Made by a program: the position numbers and the translations under genes. DNA of 63,268 bases, the filler included. It is 5 parts of 5 records of this genome, joined end to end, with 100 filler letters (N's around TTAATTAATTAA, not from the genome) between each part and the next. Parts side by side here need not be neighbours in the genome. Positions count along the whole stretch, not along the records: positions 45,986 to 56,972 come from SRR31156797_6307; positions 57,073 to 63,268 come from SRR31156797_6314; 3 more parts are not named here. One strand, written 5' to 3'. Below are positions 55,450 to 63,268 of this stretch, piece by piece. Every line of letters starts with the position of its first letter. Positions within the stretch are counted from its first letter, which is position 1. The notes below the pieces were generated by a model, which had not been told where the DNA came from, searched no databases, and was given only the letters and a program-made list of their open reading frames with translations.

Positions 55450-56139
55450 ATGTCCTGGTCCAATCACATCACACGCCGCCTGATCAATTACAACCATGAG
55501 GGTTCTCCGGCATTCCGGTTAAGGAAAAAGCGCGCCAGCCAACTCCGGGGCATGATATCTGAAATTTTTGCTGTACATGGAAAAGTTGATGTGATTGACA
55601 TTGGCGGCACTTGGGATTACTGGCGGATTATCCCGGAATCTTTTCTGAGAGATCATCAGGTGAAAATCACAGTCATAAACAACTATCCACAGAAAAATAT
55701 GCCGCAGAATGGCATTTTTGAATTTATAAATGAAGATGGCCGCGACCTCTCACAATTTCCCGATAAATCGTTCCACCTGGCCCATTCCAATTCAGTAATT
55801 GAACATGTTGGCGATTTTGATGATATGCAGCAATTTGCCGGTGAAATACAGCGTGTTGCCCGGCATCATTTTGTGCAAACCCCAAACCATTGGTTTCCCA
55901 TTGAACCACACGTGGTATTCCCGTTTTTCCAGTTTTCCCCCATAAAATTCCGCATCTGGCTCATCATGCATTTTAGCCTGGGGTGGTGGAAAAAAACCAG
56001 TAATCCGGATTTTGCACGGCAAAGGGTGGAAAGCATCCGGCTGTTGACGCACAGAAAGTTTCAACGGCTTTTCCCAAAATCCACGATTTACAAAGAAAGG
56101 TTCGCCCTGATGGTGAAGTCCTTTATTGCAGTGCGGTAG
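55450..56139 (+). CDS. Class I SAM-dependent methyltransferase
   Basis: VIDIGGT, SNSVIEHVG and VQTPNHWFPIEPH motifs. Confidence 0.88.
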   Translation: MSWSNHITRRLINYNHEGSPAFRLRKKRASQLRGMISEIFAVHGKVDVIDIGGTWDYWRIIPESFLRDHQVKITVINNYPQKNMPQNGIFEFINEDGRDLSQFPDKSFHLAHSNSVIEHVGDFDDMQQFAGEIQRVARHHFVQTPNHWFPIEPHVVFPFFQFSPIKFRIWLIMHFSLGWWKKTSNPDFARQRVESIRLLTHRKFQRLFPKSTIYKERFALMVKSFIAVR

Positions 56140-56290
56140 GTTTTGATTTTGGGTGATTGGATTTTTTGGTTATTTTCAATTAACCCTCGGCGGTAAGGCA
56201 TGCAAGGGAGTTCGGAAATGTATAGCTTTCTACCGTATGGTGAGTTGATTTGGAAAACCAAATTCCCAATTCAAATTTCGCCCCTTTTTG

Positions 56291-56455
56291 CTATTCGGCG
56301 AGTTGAGTATATTTGCCTTTTTTAGAAGTCTTTTTCCTTTTCCGTTTTTCTTTGTCAGCCTTAATAAAATCACTTATCATTTTTTTCTCTCTCTCCGTTA
56401 ACGGTTTGGGGTCAACAAAGAAATCTACATCTAAAGGTTCTCTAATTAATCCCAT
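56291..56455 (-). CDS. Small basic hypothetical protein (54 aa), missed by the ORF track
   Basis: Manual translation MGLIREPLDVDFFVDPKPLTEREKKMISDFIKADKEKRKRKKTSKKGKYTQLAE*; starts 5 nt after the upstream stop. Confidence 0.65.
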   Translation of the reverse strand: MGLIREPLDVDFFVDPKPLTEREKKMISDFIKADKEKRKRKKTSKKGKYTQLAE

Positions 56456-56460
56456 AATAT

Positions 56461-56693
56461 CTAATTTTTAAAATATTTGTCAATCAATCTAAATGCAGCA
56501 TCGGTGTTAATCACCATTAAATGTCCACCGACATTAATTGCTCCAAGTGTGTTTTTGTAATGCTCAATCAATTGTGTTTTAGCAGCAAAAGAAACATATC
56601 CTTCAAATCCACGATGAAATGAAATCCGACAAACAAATGCCACAAGGTTTCCGGGTACTCCCAAATAAACTTTGTTTCGTCCGAGATTAAACG
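56461..56693 (-). pseudogene. 5'-truncated GNAT-like gene fragment
   Basis: FNLGRNKVYLGVPGNLVAFVCRISFHRGFEGYVSFAAKTQLIEHY...; its upstream part is replaced by the duplicated methyltransferase 3' end on the other strand. Confidence 0.55.
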
Positions 56694-56694
56694 T

Positions 56695-56857
56695 AGGAAA
56701 TTCCAAAAACTTTTCGCCCATTCAAAAATTCACAACGAAAGATTTGCATTCATGGTAAAATCCTTTATTGCAGTGCGGTAAGTTTTGATTTTGGGTGATT
56801 GGATTTTTAGGTTATTTTCATTTAACGGTCGGCGGCAATGTTTTTGCAATGGATTCA
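56695..56857 (+). repeat. Diverged direct repeat of the methyltransferase 3' end and downstream region (copy of ~56053-56213)
   Basis: Encodes RKFQKLFAHSKIHNERFAFMVKSFIAVR* versus RKFQRLFPKSTIYKERFALMVKSFIAVR*; near-identical 3' UTR; offset 642 bp. Confidence 0.85.
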
Positions 56858-56972
56858 TCGGTGAAGCAGTAAAGAAAACGGGCTACACACAAAATCGGCT
56901 TCCAGCCGGAACCCTCCAAAACACAAAGCCTCTTCGCAAAGTGCATAGAAAATCAACGGGATGCCCCATAGG

Positions 56973-57072
56973 NNNNNNNNNNNNNNNNNNNNNNNNNNNN
57001 NNNNNNNNNNNNNNNNTTAATTAATTAANNNNNNNNNNNNNNNNNNNNNNNNNNNNNNNNNNNNNNNNNNNN
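56973..57072. other. Artificial contig spacer
   Basis: N run containing TTAATTAATTAA. Confidence 0.99.
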
Positions 57073-57118
57073 TAAATAAGTTGGGCAGAAATAACGCCGA
57101 ATATTTACGGTTAATATT

Positions 57119-57958
57119 ATGAAGCATGCGTTTTATTTTTTTGTCGTTCCTCTCCTGGCTCCCATCTCCCTGGGCCTGTGCTGGGTATGGCTGGCCGGCC
57201 GGGTTGATAACCAGGTAATTTTGCCCCCCATTGACCAAGTTTTTTATATTCTTGCTCATCCCTTCCAGGATATGCTTAGCATGGGCTCTTTGCTGAGCAA
57301 TGTCATCGTCAGTTTGATCCGCGTTCTTTTAGGCTATGCTGTGGCCGCAATCGTGGCCATTCCCTTAGGGGTGGTAATGGGCTATTATGGCTTTGTTTTT
57401 AGGGTTTTTAACGGATTTTTGAGCTTGTTCAGGCCAATCCCGCCCCTGGCCTGGGTTCCCTTGGTTATGGCGTGGTTCGGCATATCCAGCCTGGCTACCA
57501 TGACAGGTGTGGAAATCGGCCAGTGGTATGTCTATTTGAACAACATTAAGTTTTCCATGCTTTTTATTATCTTTGTGGGGGCCTTTTATCCTATCCTCAC
57601 AGCAACCATCCATGGAGTCCGCTCAGTGAATGCCACCCTGATCGACTCCGCTCGTGTTCTGGGCGCCACCCAGGGACAGATTTTCAGAAAGGTCCTGATT
57701 CCCGCAGCCATGCCTGCCATTATCACCGGTATGCGCATCGGTCTGGGTATTGCCTGGATGTGTCTGGTCTCGGCGGAGATGTTGCCCGGTTCCTTGTCCG
57801 GTATCGGCTACATGATCACCCATGCATTTACCCTGGCCTCCACAGATATCGTCATTGCCGGCATGATCTCCATCGGCTGCGTGGGGGCGTTCATGGACAT
57901 GATTTTCCGATACATTGAAAAATCTCAATTCTCTTGGCAGAGGCAGGCAAACTCATGA
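57119..57958 (+). CDS. ABC transporter permease (NitT/TauT/SsuC family)
   Basis: RPIPPLAWVP, DSARVLGA (EAA loop) and LVSAEM motifs. Confidence 0.92.
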   Translation: MKHAFYFFVVPLLAPISLGLCWVWLAGRVDNQVILPPIDQVFYILAHPFQDMLSMGSLLSNVIVSLIRVLLGYAVAAIVAIPLGVVMGYYGFVFRVFNGFLSLFRPIPPLAWVPLVMAWFGISSLATMTGVEIGQWYVYLNNIKFSMLFIIFVGAFYPILTATIHGVRSVNATLIDSARVLGATQGQIFRKVLIPAAMPAIITGMRIGLGIAWMCLVSAEMLPGSLSGIGYMITHAFTLASTDIVIAGMISIGCVGAFMDMIFRYIEKSQFSWQRQANS

Positions 57959-58722
57959 ACAACGGTCACATTATCGACATCCTGGGGCTGTCTAAATCCT
58001 TTGCCACCGAGGCCGGAGAGCATCTACTTGCGCTGGACAACGTCAATCTGACCATCCACCCCCAATCCTTTACTTGCATTGTAGGCCCCTCGGGCTGTGG
58101 GAAGTCCACCATCCTGCGTATTGCCTCCGGCTTGGAAAAGGCCACCCATGGACAGGTCCTGTACAAGGGCTTCCCGGTACTCAGGCCCTGTGCCGACATT
58201 GGTCTGGTTTTCCAGGAGTATTCTTTGTTTCCTTGGCAGTCGGTTTTGGACAATGTGGCTGTTGGCCCTGAATTTGCCGGGGTGGACAAAAAGACCCGGC
58301 ACAAGGATGCTATGAATTTTTTGGCTATGGTAAACATGGTGGAGTTCAAAGATGCATTTCCCCATGAATTATCCGGGGGGATGCGTCAGCGTGTGGCCAT
58401 TGCCAGGGCACTGGCCAATGCGCCGGATGTTTTGTTTATGGACGAGCCCTTTGGCGCCTTGGATGCGCATACCCGCATTCTTCTCCAGCAAGAGCTTATC
58501 AATCTCTGGCAGGTCACCAATAAAACCGTTGTGCTGGTGACCCATAGCGTCGATGAGGCCGTGTTTCTGGCCGATCAGATCGTAATCATGTCCTCCCGTC
58601 CTGGTCGGATCCAGGATATTCTTTCCGTGGACATGGCCCGCCCCCGGACCCGTGCGGATAAAGCCTTTGGTGAACTTACCGATTTTATACTCAATGCGCT
58701 TTCCCCGGACAACCGTAAATAA
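57955..58722 (+). CDS. ABC transporter ATP-binding protein (NitT/TauT family)
   Basis: GPSGCGKST, LSGGMRQR, MDEPFGALD and VTH motifs. Confidence 0.95.
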   Translation: MNNGHIIDILGLSKSFATEAGEHLLALDNVNLTIHPQSFTCIVGPSGCGKSTILRIASGLEKATHGQVLYKGFPVLRPCADIGLVFQEYSLFPWQSVLDNVAVGPEFAGVDKKTRHKDAMNFLAMVNMVEFKDAFPHELSGGMRQRVAIARALANAPDVLFMDEPFGALDAHTRILLQQELINLWQVTNKTVVLVTHSVDEAVFLADQIVIMSSRPGRIQDILSVDMARPRTRADKAFGELTDFILNALSPDNRK

Positions 58723-58901
58723 TACATTTCGAAATTCCGGAAATTCAAGGGACATCTTACGTCATTCTTGCCTGGAGATATCCAATCTGAAATTGGTTGA
58801 TGAGGATAATCCACAAATGTAGTGCCATAATGCACCGTTTGAAGGTTGTAACACGCTGAAATTACACTACAACACGACATAGATTTAAAAATATGGGTTG
58901 A

Positions 58902-61520
58902 TTATTTTTCTCCCATCGCCGTCTGTATCGTTGCTGACAACTCCCGGATGGAAAAAGGCTTATTCACAACGGCGCTTACCCCTGCGGCCATGGCAGTTTC
59001 CCGGGTAAAATGGTCATGATATCCTGTACAGAGGATAATGGGGATGTCTTGCCGCACTGCCAATAATTTTTTCGCCAGAGTGATGCCGGTCATTTTTTTC
59101 ATTTGAAGGTCGGTGATCACCGAGTCAAACATGTCGGGATTTGATCGGAATCTGTCCAGGGCCCGTTCAGGGCATTTTTCTACTTTAACCTCATACCCCA
59201 GGCTTTCCAGGAGTTTGCGGCCGATGTCCAGAAGTTCCTGGCGGTCGTCCACCAAGAGGAGGCGGCCGTGGGCCTTTTTTTCCTTTGCAGCCGGCATGGA
59301 GGGCTGCCTTGCCTCCTTTTTTTCCGCCTGGGGCAGGTAGACATGAAAACAGGTACCCTCATTTTCCTGGGATTCAAACCTGATGCTGCCCCCATGTTTT
59401 TTTACGATGCCGTGGCTTGTGGCAAGCCCAAGGCCTGTGCCGGTATCTTTAGCCTTAGTCGTAAAGTATGGCTCAAACACCCTGCTTTTAATATCATCAG
59501 GGATGCCGGAGCCTGTATCAGCTACGCTGATTTTTACGTATTTTCCAGGAGCAAGTTCAAGGTACGGACCCAATTTTTTGGAATCGACATCTATGCTTTC
59601 CACAATGATTTTGATCTGCCCCGGTCCTTCACCCATGGCCTGGTAGGCATTGGTGCACAGGTTTAAAATCACCTGGTAAATCTGCCCGGCGTCTCCTGTA
59701 ACCCTTTGCGTTTCGGCCACATCAGCTTTCACCTCAATGGTGGGCGGCAACGTCGCCTTTAAAAGCTTCACTATTTCTTTGACAATCGGCCGAACCATCA
59801 AGGAAGAAATCTTCTGATTGGTCCGGCGGCTGAATCCCAGGATCTGGGTGACCAGATTTGCGGCCCTGCTGCATGCATTGAGGACCTCTTGCAGATTTTT
59901 CTGTACCTTTTTTTCTCCTGGAATTAATGCCGCTGTCAGCTGGGTGTATCCCATGATTGCAGAAAGTATATTATTGAAATCATGGGCGATACCCCCTGCA
60001 AGGGTTCCAATGGCCTCCATTTTCTGGGACTGAATCAGCTGTGCTTGAAGCATGGCCTGTTCTTGTTTTAAGTGGGTGCTTTCCGTAATGTCCCGGGCCA
60101 CAAGGACCGTGCCTGCAGATCGATTGTTTTCATCCAGACGGGAGAACGCCTGAACTTTAAAATGCCGGTTCAGGTCTTTTGCATAAATCTCGACCGGTAC
60201 ATCTCCTAAAGGAGAGTGGCCTTTGTCTTCCACATACGTTGCCACGGCTTTCGCAGCACCATTTTCTGCGGCCCTGTTATTCAAAACAGGATGTCCGGCC
60301 CTGTCCAAAATAATGATGGCATCGGTGATGGAATCAAATGAGATTTTCCAATCTTTTTGGGCCTGGAAAAGCTTTCGCCCCATAGTTTCCAGCTTGATGA
60401 CGTGGGCTAAAACCAGAGCAATGGTCAAAACCACCCAAAATGCAACAGGCGGCATCCATAAATGAAACCGGCTGAACAATAAAAAATCCATGATGCTAAA
60501 AATGATTAAAAATACAGTCCCGGCGGCCAGGGCCCTGGCAGATCCCATACAGCTAAACCCCAGGGCACTGAGTATAAAAACCAGGACAATACCTGCCCAT
60601 TGACCCCCTATGCTCATGGTACGGATATGGGAACCGTCCAGAAGATTATTCAGCACTGTGGCCTGAATCTCCACCCCGGGCATCCGGTCACGATTTTGGG
60701 TGAAACTGGTTAAATGGTTCTGGTCGATTCCGGCAGCAGTCAGCCCCCAAATTAGTATTTTGCCCTCAAAAAAAGCGGGGGGGTATTTGTTTTCCAGTAT
60801 GTCGGAAAACGAAAGACGTGGAAAGATTCCGGCAGGACCATAATAGTTGATGCCCCTGCCGTCCTCCTGGATGATGCTTTCAAGACTACAATCACTGGTA
60901 TCTGTACCGTCAGTTCGAAATTGATCGGCCCTGACCCTGGTGCCTTTGGATATGAGGTCAACCAGGGCTGAAGAAATGGAAGGCAGTTTTTTGCCGTCAA
61001 GAAAGAGGGTATGAAAGACATCACGAACCACCCCGTCCATGCCAGGCTCGGTATGAACATGGCCCAGGGTCGGGTTCCCCATGGACGGGGCAGGCAAAAC
61101 AAGATGGCTGCCGCTGTCTACATAAGCCGGCAGTACAAGCCTGGGAAACCGGGCCATGGCATTTTCCAAAAGCAAATCATCTGCAGCGGATTCCGCCAGA
61201 ATAATATCCCCAAGAATCCCCGATGCCCGATTCGTCCGATCCAGAAAGTGGGCATAATGACGCCGGGGAATGGGCCATGGCCCCAGTTTTCCAAGGGTTT
61301 TCTCGTCAATGGCGACAATGAGAATCTCTTCCGTGGGGGGCTGGGTACCCCTGAGTCTGAAAAAAAGATCATAGGCATAAAAATTCATGCCCCGAAAAAA
61401 GCCCATGGCATCCACCAGACCGACCACCAAAAGACAGACCAATCCCATGAGCAGGTAACGGCGGTGATATTTTCCCCCGGTTAAAACGATTCCGGGAGCC
61501 AGTGGATCTGGTTTAATCAT
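58902..61520 (-). CDS. CHASE2-PAS-histidine kinase-receiver hybrid sensor
   Basis: IVAIDE, DGVVR and MPGVEIQA CHASE2 motifs plus 3 TM; AHDFNNIL, FTTK...GTGLGL; C-terminal receiver (ITD...KP). Confidence 0.92.
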   Translation of the reverse strand: MIKPDPLAPGIVLTGGKYHRRYLLMGLVCLLVVGLVDAMGFFRGMNFYAYDLFFRLRGTQPPTEEILIVAIDEKTLGKLGPWPIPRRHYAHFLDRTNRASGILGDIILAESAADDLLLENAMARFPRLVLPAYVDSGSHLVLPAPSMGNPTLGHVHTEPGMDGVVRDVFHTLFLDGKKLPSISSALVDLISKGTRVRADQFRTDGTDTSDCSLESIIQEDGRGINYYGPAGIFPRLSFSDILENKYPPAFFEGKILIWGLTAAGIDQNHLTSFTQNRDRMPGVEIQATVLNNLLDGSHIRTMSIGGQWAGIVLVFILSALGFSCMGSARALAAGTVFLIIFSIMDFLLFSRFHLWMPPVAFWVVLTIALVLAHVIKLETMGRKLFQAQKDWKISFDSITDAIIILDRAGHPVLNNRAAENGAAKAVATYVEDKGHSPLGDVPVEIYAKDLNRHFKVQAFSRLDENNRSAGTVLVARDITESTHLKQEQAMLQAQLIQSQKMEAIGTLAGGIAHDFNNILSAIMGYTQLTAALIPGEKKVQKNLQEVLNACSRAANLVTQILGFSRRTNQKISSLMVRPIVKEIVKLLKATLPPTIEVKADVAETQRVTGDAGQIYQVILNLCTNAYQAMGEGPGQIKIIVESIDVDSKKLGPYLELAPGKYVKISVADTGSGIPDDIKSRVFEPYFTTKAKDTGTGLGLATSHGIVKKHGGSIRFESQENEGTCFHVYLPQAEKKEARQPSMPAAKEKKAHGRLLLVDDRQELLDIGRKLLESLGYEVKVEKCPERALDRFRSNPDMFDSVITDLQMKKMTGITLAKKLLAVRQDIPIILCTGYHDHFTRETAMAAGVSAVVNKPFSIRELSATIQTAMGEK

Positions 61521-61541
61521 CTATTTACCCCGGCTCAATTG

Positions 61542-63209
61542 CTATAAAATAATTAATAATGCCCCCAGCAGCCATGTGGCAATGGCCCCTGCTTTTAGAT
61601 AGGGGAATTTTTCAATTTCAAAGGTCTGAGCAGGGGAAAATTTACCTTCATATCCCTCCGAATCAATGGCCTTGATCCGGACATGATAGGTTCCGCCGTC
61701 TTCAGGTTTGTTAAAGGTGATGTCAGCCTGTTTCGTGTTTTTATCAATAAGAATTTTTGTAAAAAGGGGGTCTTTTGCCATTTGAAACTGATAGCTCATG
61801 CCCGGGCCAAGGTCCTGCCAACGGAGTGAAATAGAGTCCTCATCCATTGTGGGCACCTCTGCGGAAGGTGATTTTGGAGGCGCAACAAAACAAAAGCGTA
61901 CCCCATCGGACCAAAGTCCCTCAAACCCGTCCCCGGCAATGGACCGGACCCTGAAATAATAATCTCCGTAACCGTCCAGATCAATGGACTGGCTATTTGA
62001 TTTTATGCTGTCAAGTCGTTTGTAAAAATTCTTAAAATCGGACTGCCGGGAAACCTGAACCTGGTACGATGCAGCGTCACCAACTTTCAACCATTCCAAT
62101 TCAACAGAATCCGTTTTTATTTCACTGCCGTCCTGGGGCCGTTGAATAAAAGGCGGCAAAGGGTTGATCCTGACCTCAAAGGGTACGGCCCGGGAAGGAA
62201 TTCCTTCAAGGCCGGCAGCGTTAATGCTCAGGACTTGGCAATAATACCTGCTGTCTAACAACATGGCCTGGGGAACCGGATCACCCCGTTTTACAATATC
62301 CTCTTTGACGACGTCTTTCATATCCGGATCCTTTGCCAAAATGATCCGGCAGGACACGGCCTTTTCAACAGGGTCCAGGCCGAATTGAACCGGCAAGCTC
62401 TGGTAAAGGGGGGCCAAATCTTTCAAGGCAGGCGGCAACAGCAAAATTTCAGGTGCCGTAGGAATCCTTCCTCGTTTGACCCATGTGCCCTCTCCCGGGT
62501 CCAGGAGCACCTCTTTTCCACGGCCTGTTACTCCGACCACTCCATCCAGAACCTCGGTTCGGGAGACGTCTTCCCTGTCAACGGAAACCCTGAACCGGGT
62601 CCCCCGGGCAGCAGAAATAGACGAAGGTGTATAAATTTCAAACCGGGAGTCCTGGCCCGTGCCTTTTTTTATTTTCATCAGGGTTCTTCCGACGGGCACG
62701 AAAAGTTTGCGGATCATATAATAGGGTTTTTTTTGTCGGGCGGTGCGAATACCAACCCGGGTGTTGGGTCTGAGGAAAAAAGAACTGCCGTCTTCAAAGG
62801 TAATTTCGACCGCACTGTCGTTTCCGGTTTCAATCTCCGATCCCTGGTTGACGATATCTCCTTTTTTCAGGGACACCCGGTCCAGGGCCCCGGGAGGCGC
62901 TGAGGTCACCCGCCCTTTGAGAAAGGTAATCGTTCCGTCCATGGGAACACCCTTGAGTAGATTTGCCGGGATCCTCAGGCGTTGGCCCGGATAGATCAGA
63001 TGGGGGTTTTCAAGACGGTTAAATTCGGCAACAGCGTTCCATGCATGGGGATCTTCAAGCCAGGTTTCGCAGATATTAACCAAATTATCTTGTTTCACAA
63101 CAATCACTGTCGCTGTCTTTTCATTGGGCATTTCTGCAAAGACAAAGAAAGGGAAGAATAAAACAAAAAAAACATACAGAACTGATAATACTAAGAATTT
63201 AAGTTGCAT
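61542..63209 (-). CDS. Exported LysM-FecR-FN3 protein with C-terminal membrane anchor
   Basis: Signal peptide; LysM (NPHLIYPGQRLRIP); FecR (TPSSISAARGTRFRV, TEVLDGVV); FN3-like repeats (YYFRVRSI, YHVRIKAI); hydrophobic C-terminus. Confidence 0.85.
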   Translation of the reverse strand: MQLKFLVLSVLYVFFVLFFPFFVFAEMPNEKTATVIVVKQDNLVNICETWLEDPHAWNAVAEFNRLENPHLIYPGQRLRIPANLLKGVPMDGTITFLKGRVTSAPPGALDRVSLKKGDIVNQGSEIETGNDSAVEITFEDGSSFFLRPNTRVGIRTARQKKPYYMIRKLFVPVGRTLMKIKKGTGQDSRFEIYTPSSISAARGTRFRVSVDREDVSRTEVLDGVVGVTGRGKEVLLDPGEGTWVKRGRIPTAPEILLLPPALKDLAPLYQSLPVQFGLDPVEKAVSCRIILAKDPDMKDVVKEDIVKRGDPVPQAMLLDSRYYCQVLSINAAGLEGIPSRAVPFEVRINPLPPFIQRPQDGSEIKTDSVELEWLKVGDAASYQVQVSRQSDFKNFYKRLDSIKSNSQSIDLDGYGDYYFRVRSIAGDGFEGLWSDGVRFCFVAPPKSPSAEVPTMDEDSISLRWQDLGPGMSYQFQMAKDPLFTKILIDKNTKQADITFNKPEDGGTYHVRIKAIDSEGYEGKFSPAQTFEIEKFPYLKAGAIATWLLGALLIIL

Positions 63210-63268
63210 TTAAATAGTCCTGAATAAAAATGTTGGGTTTGATCATAACTTCGGCCACTTTGTGTTCA

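Overview
The window is not one genome segment. It holds five unrelated contigs joined by 100-bp N spacers, each containing TTAATTAATTAA. (1) 1-13493: AT-rich, Campylobacterota-like. It carries an EAL fragment, trmD, rplS, a D-cysteine desulfhydrase-family gene, an Entner-Doudoroff cluster (zwf-pgl-edd-eda), argH, a KTSC gene and a ~4.35-kb island. (2) 13594-34002: Bacteroidota. It carries a dapD fragment, recJ, lysS, lipoproteins, a 1611-aa T9SS protein, a long KamA-like radical SAM enzyme and mreBCD-mrdA-rodA. (3) 34103-45885: Desulfobacterota-like. It carries sbcDC, a hydrolase, sdaA, an amino-acid permease and a Tat-exported Mo-hydroxylase/cytochrome b/multiheme cytochrome c operon. (4) 45986-56972: Bacteroidales-like. 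It carries a sensory [FeFe]-hydrogenase-histidine kinase with response regulators, a RibF paralogue, hydG, ogt, a NYN protein, a methyltransferase and many short repeats. (5) 57073-63268: Desulfobacter-like. It carries an ABC transporter, a CHASE2 hybrid kinase and a LysM-FecR-FN3 protein. The top finding is the island in contig 1. It splits the host tRNA-Leu(GAG) at the 7-nt anticodon loop without restoring it. Instead it carries a complete, sequence-divergent tRNA-Leu(GAG) placed downstream of the host promoter, plus an AbiE-type toxin-antitoxin pair and an AEP primase-SF2 helicase. It has arm-site-like repeats at both ends but no integrase. Taxonomic labels and protein family calls come from visual motif recognition, not database searches.
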